This document shows positions 38,901 to 53,500 of a stretch of DNA of 64,000 bases, piece by piece. The DNA lies in the NCBI RefSeq assembly GCF_026571515.1, contig NW_026858936.1, forward strand, positions 62,001-126,000, written 5' to 3'. The notes under the pieces were generated by a model. It searched no databases and was not told the origin of the DNA. It saw nothing but the letters and a program-made list of their open reading frames with translations. Positions within the stretch are counted from its first letter, which is position 1. Every line of letters begins with the position of its first letter. The position numbers and the translations under genes were made by a program. The DNA is from Ruditapes philippinarum (taxonomy: Eukaryota).

Positions 38901-41900
38901 GTTATCAAGTCATCTAAGAACATTATATTCATTTATGTCGTTCCCGAACGACGATGAAACTGTGAACAAAAATAGTTGATAGAATTATTGAAGTGGTATT
39001 TTCATGTACTTAAAGACATATAATTTTTAGTGTTTTAGAAATATTACATTTTGTATTTCGATATGTTATACTGCGTTTTGTCGAGTTTAATAATATTGAC
39101 ACATACTGTTTTCGTTTCATTTGCAGATCATGAGATAATTTGCATGTGCTTTGCGCAGGATACGAGCAAACAGTGACATTGTTATCGTCATTTTTATAGC
39201 TATAATTCATCGCTGAAATGTTTAACAATTGGCAGCCAATCGAATATAATTTACTTCAGCATATTTACATTTTCTGCTGGAGGCTTTCTGGATTTAGCTA
39301 GACTTCTGACAGTAACGGTTCACTAAATCACACTTTATGCGATTTGCCCACTGATCTCTCGTTTAAGGTACACCAATTCGTTAACTTGTCGTTTACATTG
39401 AATGATAACCGCCGAAACAACACATCTACAAATGTTTCTAGATTAAAATTTATATGAGATAAACTTTTCATTGGTCAATTTGCCTTTGCTCCTCACAATC
39501 GCCACGGAAGTGCCTTCAATTTGAATTATGCCGTGCAAGCGTTTCAAATCAGTGGACAAGAACGGACATAAATTATCAAAATGCCTACTTACGATGCGGA
39601 TGCATTCTTTGTAATTAAACAGTTTTTGTCGTTTAACTCGTATACGCCAAAATAAAGATAATAAAACAACAACAAAAATCAAAAATATTCGGAAGACAGA
39701 CAATGTGCTAAACACAGGTTTGAGCTTCACAAAATTCGTCGTGCCCCTTGGTCGTAAGGATCTTGAAGACGTTATATAGGAAAACATCTTTAAATCTTTT
39801 GTGGGGAGCAAAAATGCCCTGAGCATAATTATTTGACGTCAAGGTTGTTATACTGTTCAGGTCCTGAGCCTGTAATTTCATATCATATTGTTGTTTTCCA
39901 CGCTGCAGGGTGTGCACCTTTTTCCTGATTTTCATACATTCATAGGAAAAGAAATTTAAGTCTAATAATTACAATGCCAAGATGTAAGATATAAGGCACG
40001 TAGCATTGAATTGTGGACCACCACATGCATGATAAAGAAAAATGGTCCAATGGAAGCATTTATCACAACAAAATTACATGTATTTACTAAGGCTTTTTTC
40101 TTTATTTATTTTAGAATGCTTTTTAAGTCAAAATACAAATTATTGTTTATTTTAGCTTACCGTTTAAATACATAATTGCATAATCATGAAATAAGGATGT
40201 TCAGTTAGGTATTTATTTCCTCATTTTGTTCATTAATATTATTCGCTCTTTAGATTTGATATTTATAACTTATCGTAGAAGCAAAGTTTTTTTTTCAAAA
40301 TATCTCTCTCACAAAACAGTAACAGGGTGAAATAATCTTAATTTTAACTAAATTTATTGGCGCTACACCTGTAAAATAGACAAGTAACGTGACAGATAGG
40401 AGCCAAAAGGTTAATAACTGATAATGTTATTATAAAGCTTATTCTTATCATTTGTTGTAAAAATGACGGTATTTTGTTTAGATTTGATAATACAGTCATT
40501 ATCCTAGTTAATGATGTGATTCTGTAATTGGATATTCAACAAAGGATTTTTGTCATTTAACATAATTGTTTTTAACAAAGCTTAACGAATCGCATAATTT
40601 TCCTACGTTTGCATGAATGTGATATTATTCGACTGTTTTTGTCAAAGGAAAATAATGAATTGTCACACTCAAACACACACTCGGTAAAATCTAAATGCCT
40701 GACGCCTTGATCTTCAATTCATTTAATTGATTTGGCAAACTTTGAATTTGGCACAGTCCATTCAATGTGTAAGGGATTTCATTATAAAAAATGACAGTTC
40801 AAAAAGTATAGTCAGACTGTACGCATGGTTTTATACTGGTTGAAAAATAGTTAATGGTGAATTTTGCAATTAAATGTATATTTGCTGTGTAAGGACTAAG
40901 TATTTTGTATGTTACGATAAAAGATAGGGTAAAGTTAACGATATATTTTATATTTAGTGTTCTGTACGGTTAAATATTTCAAATTACCGTACGGCATCAA
41001 TGAAAAGAAGCAACAAATATTGTTTCACTTATTTGTATATTAACGAATAAGTTATCATGTAAAATATTTACAGAAAAAAATTGCGAGAAATCACTGCTTT
41101 AAACAACAATATATTTTGTCTATCAAATAATTTTTGTTCAAATATAGAAATAGATAATTTCAAGAACATATACATGGTTTATTGAATTGATATTTTAAAG
41201 ATATCTTTATAAACATCAAACTGTTTAATTTGTTTACATGTAGAATGATTCAGAATTCCTTGTTTCAGACCTGTCCAAAGAGTCAACTTGTGAATTATAT
41301 TCCTGATACACGTTTATATTTGCTTCTTTTGAACAATAAAATAACGTCTCAAAGCAGATGCTGATGTGCATTATGATTTTTAATTTATTACAAAGCAAAT
41401 AGTTGTTGAGTGAACAAAGAAAATGGTTTACACATTGAAAACGGCACTAAAAATCTATGACAATTAGGTCAGAATATGCACAATAAGCTTTTACAGTGTT
41501 AGTAACGCAGTAGAAATATTGTATTAAATAATACAATATCAGTAATATTTTGCATATACATGTAATATGTAAATTTGTTCTTGAATTGTTAGTGTTTTTA
41601 TTTATTTATTTATTTTTTGTTTTAAATCGAAGTACATGTTTCCCAAGGTTGATTTTCTTGAAATATTTAGTCACATCTGTAGGCATGCACCCTACACGAA
41701 AAGCTATATTTAGCATTATAAATAATCATTATTGGTCAACCGTTTCATTCCAACCACATATGACGTAGAATCCTTTATTTCTAACAAATAGAATACTTTA
41801 AGTTTCACTGAAACGTTAAACAAAGTAAATATTGTCTAATTCAAAACATTTATTTCAGATATTAAGTTTTAAAGAGGAAACTGCTGTGACATATACCCGT

Positions 41901-41918
41901 TTTTGTGCAGAATAAACA

Positions 41919-44391
41919 ATGAATAACAGTACCAGTTTTTCTGAAGTCACATTACCAAATTGGGTGTATGTCGAACAAGTTGTCTTTTCTAAAATCATCG
42001 CTTTGATTGGAATACCGGGTAACATCTTGATAATTGTCGTGTTCTTAAACTCGCAAGAAAAATCGACAACAGATTTCATGGTGTTTTCAATGGCAGTATG
42101 CGATTTTCTTGGGTCAAGTTTTTGCACAACATTAAACGTATTACGAAACATACCTGCTTTATGGGCACATATAAGATCAGAGGGGTTTTGTCGCGGTTAT
42201 AGTTTCTTTACAATTTGAACAGGGTTAATTTCATCCATGATTCTTTGTGCGGTCGCCGTTGACAGGTACATGTACATGAAAACGTGCCGACCATTTTCTG
42301 ACATGTTATCTATTCCGAGGACTAAACTGCTGTGTGTAACTATTTATATGATTGTGCCATTATGTGTGATGCCATCTTTCGGTATTGAACGGTTTGATTA
42401 TAGTACTGGGGCTTGTTTTACCATTGGTAATAAAAAAGTATTGTCTAAATACTTTTCGTTATTATCACATTTCTCGGCTGCTTAAATTACTTAGTGGCAG
42501 GCATCGCTTACATATGCATTTCTAAGACATTGTGCTCGCGATTGAAAATGAAACAAAAAAGACGTCTTAGTTTGCTAAAAGTATCAGCTAGATACAGATG
42601 GCAAGAACTCGACGTACAACATGAATTGCCGTCACCAATTTCAACCGTACAGCAATGTTATCGTTACTGAAACAGAAAGAAATTCTTTTCATTCAAACGA
42701 TTCTAGTAAAACACCGAAGGGGATCAATAGAGGTAAATATTCAATAGGTTTATTTCATATATAACTTTGTATAATTTTGATGAAGTTTCTAGTAAAGACA
42801 ATCTTAACAGTCATATTCTGACATAACTTGACTACATTTAGGACTCACTTTGACTTTATTATCATAATATTTTTTCCCCCACTATAGTGGGGCATTTAGA
42901 TTTACACTTGTCCGTCCGTCCATCTGTCCGTCCATCTGTCCGTCCGTTCTCTTTTTGTGTCGCACGTGGCTCAAAAAGTAATTAACCTAGAGATATGAAA
43001 CCTTCGGGAAAGTTGATCGGTATGTGTAGTTAGTTGAGCACTGGGTATTTTTGTGTGGAAATGTTTAGTAGTTTTAGAGTTATTGCCCTTGGCTTAGTAA
43101 AAATTTACAATTTTCTACTTGTGTTGCACGTAACTCAAAAGAATTTGGCATAGAGTCATGAAACCTTACTGGAATGTTGGTCAGCATGCGATGTTGTGCA
43201 CCTGGGGTTTTGCTTACGGATTTGTTCTGTTTTGTCAGAGTTATAGCACTTTACTTAGTAAAATTTGCAATTTTCAACATGTGTTGCTCATGGCTCATAA
43301 TGAATTTGATCAAGGATCATGAAACTTTACAGGACTGTTGATCAGCATGTATAGTTGTGCACCTGGGTATTTTTTAAGTGAATTAATGTAGTATTTGTAA
43401 AGTTATTGCCCTTGATTTAGTATATAATTGCAATTTTTAATTTGTGTCGCACATAGCTCAAAAGTATTTGAGTAAGGGTCATGAAACTTTACAGGAATGC
43501 TAATCGGCATTGGAAGTAGTGCATATGCGGATTTGCTTGTGAATTTATTCTGTTTTGTGAAAGTTTTTGCCCTTGACTAAGTATAAATTTGCAATTTTCA
43601 TCTTGTTCGTGCATAGCTCAAAAAGTATTTGACCTGTAAGCCAGAAAGTTTATAAGAATGTTGGTCACAATGTGTACTTCTGCACATAGGAATTTGCTTG
43701 TGGATTTATTCAGTATTTGTAGTTCCTGCCCTTTACATAATAAACGAATTTTAGTTTTCAACTTTGGCACATGTAGCCAAAAATATTTGACCTAGAGACA
43801 TAAGATTGACAAATCAGTGGAGTGTGGGGGCACCCGTGTCCTATGCACACAGTTTTAGTTTAATTATGAAAATCAGCAACCTTATTTAATTTACTTTTTT
43901 CTAAATTAGGAATGCATTTAAACGTTATATCAAGATAATTAAAGAACTGCCATATGACATGTGCAAATAGAATTACGTACATATTTAATGTTTTGCTCAT
44001 GTGAAACAACATTTTAAATTTGTATAAATGTTACAATAATTATGTACTTTTATAAAGTCACTGATAAGTACAAAGTAGGATCAGAGTTTGCATTATATTT
44101 TTCTCATTATCAGGACTACTTCAAGAACAGAGAAAAGTTAACCGTACCACGATAATCATGCTTCTGATAACTTCTATCAATATTGTATCAGTGGTATGTG
44201 TAAACGTGGGGAACTCATTGGCCAGAAGCAGTCTAAATGTACCGGGAGATTTACAAGGTAGAGGCTATATCATTCGTACGTCGTATTTGGTGACATTTAT
44301 CGCCAATCCGTTACTGTATATAATTATGAGTTCAAGATTTCGGGAACGTATGGAAGGGCTGTTGTATAGATTAAGACAATGTCACCGGTAG
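41919..44391 (+). pseudogene. Pseudogenised paralogue of the GPCR at 30799-32065
   Basis: Exons ~41919-42732 and 44114-44391, with an intron in the same ICL3 region. Clear similarity (LPNWVYVEQV, GNILII, DRY, NPLLY), but an in-frame TGA at 42216-42218, a TACATG duplication after DRY, and a frameshift giving TAA at 42483-42485. Confidence 0.85.
42870..43862 (+). mobile_element. Helentron-associated (HINE/pearl-like) element carrying ~5 copies of a ~161-bp tandem repeat, in the GPCR pseudogene intron
   Basis: T-rich insertion site, 5' CCCCACTATAGTGGGG inverted repeat, (GTCC)n microsatellite, monomers starting near 42961/43126/43286/43448/43608/43766, 3' GTGGGGG subTIR, small hairpin GTGT..ACAC and CTAG-like end. 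Confidence 0.75.
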
Positions 44392-44689
44392 AATAATCTA
44401 ATAGACACGGTACAGTCACCGAAAGTGAAGGAAGGAAATAAAACTACCCAAGCATATCTATATATTCGTGACAATACTAGTAAACTTCAATGTATATGAA
44501 AAAACATTATATTCCTAAAATGTAAAGTTTTAGGCCCGTGTAGAAAAAAATATATTGAAGAGTTGGAATTATTGTTATTGTTATTATTATTATTTATATT
44601 TTGTTTAATTGAATTGCCTTTGATAATCTCGGAAAAAGTCTTTATAGTTGATTTAATAGTTTAATAACTGTTATAATAACAAATGTAAT

Positions 44690-45550
44690 TTGAATCAAGA
44701 TTCAAGACTTCAAGATTCAAATTTTTATTGGCAAAACATTTCACAATGTCTATCGCAATGTTCCGCGGTTCAATGAACAAATTATGAGACAAGTATGTAC
44801 ATAATGATAAATATAATAGTTATAAATTAATTTTTAGATAAATTATAAACCAATTTGTGTCATCTTTTACCAAACATACAAAGTTTTCAACCTTCTTGTT
44901 TTTATTTAAAGTACAAAAACACTAGATAAAAAATATAAACACATAGATTAATCAACATGAGACGAATACATACATTACATACAATCATCGTGAGAACTGG
45001 TGAAATTGTAAAATGATAATTACATTGTTTTTAACCCTTTGTTGAACTTATGTTCCTTACAAAGACATGGTTTTCAATGAATAGCATGTCAAAGGAGAGA
45101 AATAGTACCATATTCTATACATGTATCTCTTTTTCGAAACAAAAAGGTGTATCAATGCATGATAATTAAGTATGTATTCAAATAGCTGCAAGAATAATTG
45201 ACGTACATTTATCACTGCAGACAATTTACTTAAAAATACATGTATCAGTTGCCTTATCAATACCGTTAAAATGCGCAATGTATATTGAGGGAATTATGAA
45301 TAGTATGGAATGTGTAAAAAGTGACTATAGCCTTGTATGGAATTTTCGAAGGATATCTGGGAACCACAAAAAACCTCATTACACTCACTTCCTAAATTGC
45401 TGGGGTTCGTATAATTTTTTCTTGTGGTAAATACAAAATACAAACGAGGAATATTACAAAATAATGTCTCGAATAAGTTCCAGTCTAATTTAAAAAAAAA
45501 ACAACAATTTTGATCGTTAACATTCAAACTATGTATCAAAGACACTAGCA
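44690..45550 (-). mobile_element. Degraded non-LTR retrotransposon 3' fragment
   Basis: On minus, AATAAA followed by a (TTGAATC)n-like tail at 44690-44730; a weak C-terminal Cys-motif remnant (..NLGSECNEV..) near 45380. Confidence 0.4.
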
Positions 45551-46583
45551 TATTTCTGTTTTAGTATCTATAATATTAGTACAGTTAGACATTCGATTAA
45601 AAGGATTTTTATATACATAAACATATATATTATACATATCTATAACACCGTAATCACAATAAATATTCAAATTACAGGTTCTGCTACATGCACAATCAAA
45701 TTAAACTTTCTACGTAGGTTTTAAAATAAAAACCTTAAGAATATGTAAAGAATCATAACGATAAATTAATCAGGTAACAATGATATATCTGGTTCGAACA
45801 CATGTGGCTAACGTATTTAAATGCAATTTAATACATAAAACCTCTTAATGTTTACGTTTAAATCTTGAATATTGCATCAATGAAAACAATATTACTCACG
45901 GATAATATAAAACAATAAAAGAACAAGAAAGTAAAAGGAATAAAAACACTTATCATAGACAATATTGAAATATTTTTACATTTAGAGTATTTTCCTAATA
46001 AAATACTGTTACCATAAACTGATACCCACAATAATACCGCACAATAACGTTAACTATCAACATTATACCCCAGCACTATGAGATTTAAAAACCATATCTA
46101 AAGTTTCAAATAAATACAAAAGAGATAAAAGAATGACAAAACCCGTCCCTCTCTCACCAGCTGCCTTTGAAAACAGAATACATATCAGAAATAATTTAAA
46201 TAAGAATTTGAAGAATGACGATATCAGACATAAAATACAGTTGTGTTCATACTTAAGGTAACACAAAGTGCACTACTTGTGCACTAGACCTACATGTGCA
46301 GTAGACGCTTTATGCTTTGGAAAGTTTTCAATTTGTTTGCATAGCCATTTTTTATCGATAGGAATATTATGGTAATGTTTTAAAGGAATGTTTAAAATAC
46401 CATTTAAAAATATTTATACATTTTACTTTTTTTGTACTTTTTGATTAATTATTTCAATCAATATAATGTAATTATTTATATTTATTTCAATAATAATCAA
46501 AATAAATAATCTTTAATTTTATTGATATTCATTATAATAAACAGGTAATGTAACTGAATACTAAATGGACTTAATGTAACTGA

Positions 46584-46729
46584 TTTTACAAATGAGTTGA
46601 TATGCTCCATTTATATAAACAAATGTATCAATAGTTTCTCATAGCTTTGAAAATGAGAAATTTTACAAATGAGTTGATATGCTCCATTTATATAAACAAA
46701 TGTATCAATAGTTTCTCATAGCTTTGAAA
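46584..46729. repeat. Recent tandem duplication (~69-bp identical unit, 77-bp period)
   Basis: ttttacaaatgagttgatatgctccattt...ctcatagctttgaaa occurs twice. Confidence 0.9.
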
Positions 46730-47562
46730 CAAAAAGTTGATATATATGATGATGTGCTAAGTTCAAATAAAATAACTAAATTTTCTATTTTGTTCTGATG
46801 TTAAGAGTAAGCCCCTACCCTTTTTTAAATTACATTGGTTCTCAAACTGAGATGGAGAAGGATGATGATTTTTGTAAATGGTAGGATCAACAGTATTAAC
46901 TTTGAATGTATATATTCATGAACCGTATCCTTCTTATATGCACTATAATGACCTCACTGTCAGCCCTAAAAAATAATGTTTTGCGGACTGTCTGATCAGT
47001 TACTATAAGTTACTATCAGTAACTATAATGCCAGGAGGCTTTCGGTGCTGTATAGTGTATACAATATATATCTGGGAAAAGAAATATATCTTATTACATT
47101 TATTACATGTACAGAAGTTAATAAAAAATCCGTCAATAATTGTTATAGTCATTATAAAACTATATTAAAGAACACAGTAAAATTTATAAAAAATATAGCT
47201 TTGAATATGCTATCCTTTTAGCAACTTGTTGAGCATTTAATGGTAAAATCCCCTTGATTTAAAGAGTACATCATATCTGCTACATGAAATACCTGAGCAA
47301 AGAGTACAAATATTATAGTGGGAACAATATTTCATGTGCCGGAAATAGCCTGTCCATGAACTGTGCCGGAAAGTTAAGACTACCGGCCACTCACCTAGAA
47401 TCGGCTTCACTCTAATTCATCACTATGCCGAATTTAAGGCGAAGACACCTGCAGATAAATCCATACGTGTTCAATCCATTAAAAGTTTTAATTAATATAT
47501 AGATTTATGCTTTCCAAATCTTATACCACACCAACAGTGATTAAAAAAACAATGAACGGTAT

Positions 47563-50500
47563 TTAAATTTCGTAAATATTGAGAAGATTTCTTCCCTTAC
47601 CACAATCAAGCTGATAAGGATGGTAGAAAACAACGAACACCTTATCACCTTTTTCCAGTTTGAAAGCCGCACTAAGAGGGCACGACAGTTCACACTGTGC
47701 ACCAGGCATAAAGCATGTTGAGGTAAGCTTTTCAAGAAGGACCGACTGCTGTTTAGTTTCAGCTGAAAGGTGAATAACTTGATATCGTATGGTATGATCA
47801 CCATCGTAAGGTAAAGTAGAGTTATCTATCCTGAAGGTTAATTGAGTTGAAATATGATAGAAACCCGATTTTAGCACAGCGATCACTCCCTGCTTATCCA
47901 GGTAGCTAAATCCAACTCCTTCACTAGTGATAGAATCCCAGTATATATGCAATGATTTGCCCATGTCTCTAGTTACTGAAAGTATTAAGCATATGCATGA
48001 TGTTAATTAGAGAATGATTAGACTAATTACTTTCCGTTTTTATCATTTAAGATGTATTGTTAGACTTTAAAGTAACATTAACACTGTAAAAGTCAAATAA
48101 CGACTTGTTGGATAGCCCAAAGACCGTCCGTCTCTTTCCGTTTTATTACGTGACAGAATATAAAGTACGTTGCGGGGGATCGAGCCCACAGCAGTGCGGG
48201 GCACGTGATTCAAAATGCTCAACCTTATACACTAATGAGGACTGTATGTATATACATTGGTCCTTATATCTTTTACAAATAAAACCAATGCTTACATTAT
48301 CAAGCATTGACTTTTTGTTTACTTTATGGCATAGCAGATTGGCTGCAGCAGCCTTTTATGCTTGCTTTCTGTTGTATATTTTTACGAAATGAGAATAACC
48401 GCGATGAATAAAGATATAGAAAATGTGCACTGACCCATTCAAGGCTCATATATTACATACAAGCAAATACAAAAAAAGACGATAATACCTTTTTTAATTA
48501 CTATGTACACCGAAACAAATAAAATAGATCAGACCTGGCATAACAAATGGCTGTGCCCCATTGAGCTGTAATGTACTTGGAATTCTTTCAGATATTTTGC
48601 AGTTAAAGATACTGTAATCTAATGACAGATGTTCTGAAATAATAACAATATGAATAAAGGGAAATTAAGAAAAATATATTGGTTTGTAATCCATATAATA
48701 GTTTTTGTAACTATATAATGTGTCTACAATATTTCATTTTCCCCTAGCCGAAAAGGGTATATAGTTAAAGCCTGCGTCCGTCTTTACTTTCATCCGTTTA
48801 TCTATCTGAACTTTCCGTCACGCATTTTTGTCTGGAGCGTAGCTAAGTTGTTGCCCTTTGTTTTGTTTTTAATTTTTGTCCTGACCTCAAAAGGTATTTA
48901 ATAAATAAAATGGAAACTTCATTGGCTGTGCGTAGTTATAATAACTCTACCTTTCATAAGTTTAAGTTATTAACCTTTGTTGATTTTCATGCTTAAATAT
49001 TTTTTTTTCATGCTTTGTTTTTCTCCAGACAATAACTTGAGAACTTTTTGACATATAATTTGAAACTTCATAAATGAATAGATGTCATTGACGAGGAATA
49101 AAATAATATAGGAATGGAACTCTACTTATCGCAATTTTGAAGTTATTTCTTATGCTTTATTTTTGTTCCAGGAATCTTAAAAAGGTGTTTTTCTTTGTTA
49201 TGACTTTGAATTAATTGCCATAGTTTTGAAGTTAATAAAAAAAGTTTTGGCGGAAATAAAATAAATAAAACTCCTTATTTCCAACTAAAATGACCAAGAG
49301 GTGAAAAAGAGGTGAGATATACCTTCCGAGAGTCTGTGAACCAGGAACCAAATGAACATTTTCGGTCAACATATACCATTCCTTTACCAAATTGCGCGGA
49401 AATTCAATGCAAAAATGAAACAAACTTTCAGGGGAATTAGACTGATTTAAAACAAGAATGTTTAATTCAGTATGTAAACAATTTAGTAAATCCAAAACAA
49501 AATAACATTTATCAAATGACACTGTACAGTAAAGCTGCGGTCTCACTTACTCTCGGCAGAGCCCACGACCATCTCGGTAAGTTACCGAGATGATCCAGGA
49601 CGATCCGGGGTGAAATTATTGTTGCGGTCATACTAACCCCCGGCAGCACTACGGTAATTCCCAACTAACCACCCAGGATGCGCTCGGATCATCAAGGCAG
49701 AGTCCAGGTGAAGCTACTGTTCATGCCTGTGCTTCCCCGTTCGTTCCTGGATGACACCGGAAGAGCCCCGGTTGACCCAGGCAGAGCCCCGGTCGATCCA
49801 GGCAGAGCCCAGGACGATCCAGACAGAGCCCTGTTAGAACCTCGGTGGATTGAAAACGCACGAAAATGATTACATTGATACATTATTTTTATTAAATATA
49901 ATATCTATTGTTCCAGAATAGTAATTCATGTTGATTTTCTGAAAAATCCCTACGCAAGACTGGATAGAAAGGAAATGGGAAGGTATTAATACAAACAAGT
50001 GCAATCATCGCAAATTGTCGTGATTCTTTTGAAATGAACCGGGCTTTGCCGTGGCTCTACCGGGATCAACCGTAACTCCATCGTCATCCTCCGGTGCTCT
50101 GACGGCATCCTACGTGGCTCTGCCGGCATTTACGGGGCTCTTCCGGAACTTACCGGGACTCTGCCAGCAGGAGCGGAAGGCCGATTTAAACAGCTAATTG
50201 TTAGTTTTATTTATGTTTTTGTCTTGTAATTCATTTAAATTGTATTTTTTCAAAAATCGATCAATGTAGTTCCGTGTAGGATTGATTTAGGTTTGAAATG
50301 ATCTAAGATGTTACAAAAAGAAACTAATATTAAGCCTAGGAGAACTTTTCTCCCTGACGAAGCAGACGAGGATTTGTTAAATATCTAACTTCCGACCACG
50401 GAAACGGTTTACACTTCACATTTTTGAAAAGTTAAAAAAATATCAATCCGTAACAAGAGCTAGTCCTTCGTGCAAAATAACCCACTCTTGGTGGATTTCT

Positions 50501-53500
50501 TAAATTTGTATATAGATTTTTTTTTCGAAAGTAGTGGAGAAAAGGGCAAGAGATGGAGCGAAAGGTCGGTTGTTGGGCGCAAGACGATATTAAGCGTAGT
50601 CTACGAATTTCTATAAATAATAAAATCTTTCAAAGCTAAAGTACACGTACCGTACTAAAATGTCAAGCCGGAGAGAGGTGATAAATTAATTTATTTCTAC
50701 TATAACTAGGTCTATCAATTATTGATAATTTAAGTCCGTACACCGACTGAGCACTGCCTTTTTGTGTCGCCTCTACGGAGTAGTGGCGACATATAGGGAT
50801 CACTTCTCCGACGTCTGTCTGTCTGTCCGTCATTCCGTCCGTCCGTCACAAAACTTGCCCGGACTACTCCTCATAAACTACTGGTGCAATTTCATCCAAA
50901 CTTTACAGGAATGATCAGTACCAAGTCTAGTTGTGCATATTGTCAGCACATTCATTCCGGTTCAATGATTTTTTTCACAGTAATGGCCATTTAATAATTT
51001 TTATTTTTTAAAGTTTGTCCGAACTACTTCTCTTATACCACTAATGCAACTTCAATGAAATTTTACCGGATTTATCTGTAGCTCAAGTCCTTGCGCATAT
51101 TGCACGGGTTTTTCGGTTGAATGATTTATGGTAGAGTTATGGCCCTTGATAAAAAGGTGTATTTTTATGTGTGTTGCCAGATACACAAAAGCTTGTCCGG
51201 ACTACTCCTCATATATTACTGGTGCAATTTTATCAAAGTTTTACAGGAATGATCAGTACCAAGTCTAGTTGTGCACTGTCCATCTGTCTGTCCGTCTGTC
51301 ACAAAACTTGTCTTGTCCCAACATGAAATTGGCCATCATGAGGCGACACATGTGATCACTGATCGCTCTTGTTTATTACGTTCGTTTTGTTCATATTCTC
51401 TGTGAATAAAGAAACAACAATTTACAGATAGTTTTTAACTTTTTTTTTCTTAAACCAAGATTTGTACTGCAGTGTTTTATTATAAAAGTAAAAACATTTT
51501 TATTAATAATTTGAGGGGAAAATAATATACTAAATAACAATTCCAAATACCATTCTGTTTGGTAACACGGCACTTACAGACTCCGGTAATGAGCAAATAT
51601 TCCTCGTGGTTCATAAATATATTGAAAAATCGAATCGCTTTGACTCTCTAACAATTTTGAACTATCATTAAGGTTTAAATCACAGGTCTTTTTCCTGTTG
51701 ATTTTTCCTTCTTTTTTCTATATCATTCTTCTTTCTATCAGAACTTACCAAACTATTATCATTATTAGTCTTATTTTGTTTTTCTTTAAAAAAAAGATTT
51801 ATATTTATTTATTCATTTTCTATGCAAGTTGTAACACATCAGCCTTTTTAGTCAACAAACGACAGTTAATTTCGCCTCATCTGCACATATATTTATTGTA
51901 CATTAGGAAATGTATTCAATAAGCATTAGGTTGCTTCCAGTCTAATCCTTTTCTTGTATTGATTGTAAATATCATGTATGTAAATATGCTTATGTGATGA
52001 ATAAAATATGTTTAAATCAATGCTAAATAAGGGAGTACGTATCTTGAAACATTACTGAAACACGTGTCATATCCTTAAAACGACTGACATTTTGTCAACC
52101 ACTTTCATAGAGATTCCACACCTTACAAATTCATAAAAACGTGGCTTATTTTTGTTTGCTCTGAACATGTAGGTTAGAGCTATTAATTACAGAAAGTCAT
52201 AGTAAAATGAACTCGGTAGTAGTGATCCATTTAATTTGCCTCGTGTATTGCATAATTTTGTCACTGTTCTGCACCTTGAATACTAGTATCTAACTTTTCG
52301 AAAAACATAACATTTTGGCAGGAACAATAGCGTAACACGTACCTGCTAGGAAATATTTGTTTGCGATAGTACCTAAAAATATTCGATTTCATCGAATTTG
52401 CATGAACACACGTTTTTAAATGTACTTCTAATTAATACACTTTTTCAAGAAATCCGAAGGATATGGCATTTCATTGTTTGGGAAGTTCAATATTCTACAA
52501 ATCGTTGTTCGCTTCGTCAGGGAGAAAAGTTCTCCCGGGCTTAATATGATTTTGTTTTTGTAACAGCTTAGATCATTGGAAGCCTAAATCAATCCTTCAC
52601 GGAACTGTGTTTTCCATTTTCCGAAAAAATACAACTTAAATGAATAACAAGACAAAAATATAAACAATACTTACAATGAGCCGTTTAAATCGGCCTTCCG
52701 CTCAATCTCGAAAATGCCGTTCGCTCATTTTACAGTAGACCACAATTTTGGAGTGGAGCGACAGTTCGCCGGGCGTGTTTATAAATGTATTGCATTATAA
52801 ATAAGAAAACACTAATTAAAAAAAACAACAACAACAACAATCACTAGTTATTCTTAACCACTTGATTAACGAACGAATTTTTTATTACAGTTTTTTTTAT
52901 TTGGTACATTTGTTTCACAGAAATGTCACTTGTTTGGCAATTGAAAATTGGGTTTTAATCAATAGTTAAGTATTATGGCAATTTTTTGAAAATTAATTTA
53001 TAGGAACCAAAACAAAGCTTTTATTTTAAAAAGAAACTAACCTGGATTAGTATCCGAATCATAATGGGCAAATGTTTCCTGAAAGAGAAAAATATCACCA
53101 GCTAATTTTGCACTTCAATGTACTACCGTAAATAAGACAATTTGCATATAATATACATTTCTAACCGTTCTAAATAAAGAAAATCAGTATATAGTTAGGC
53201 GAATATTTATAAAGAAAGATACACATATATCACGGAATAGAACTGTTCACTAGTTTGGAGTTAAAGGGGGAAAAGGGCGGATTGGACAGGGGTGTAGGAG
53301 AACGAATCTTAGTATTAGGATTATATCGAAAACATATCGTAAATACAAACTGCGATTATAATTTGATAATTTCTTGTTATAACTGATAACATCTCAGGAC
53401 ATTTCCGGTCATTTTGACCGTCGATTAATTTGTCAAATGTCTAACACATCTGTTGTTGTTTGGAAACTGTTATGTTGCTTCTCAAATGACTTCGGTATAG

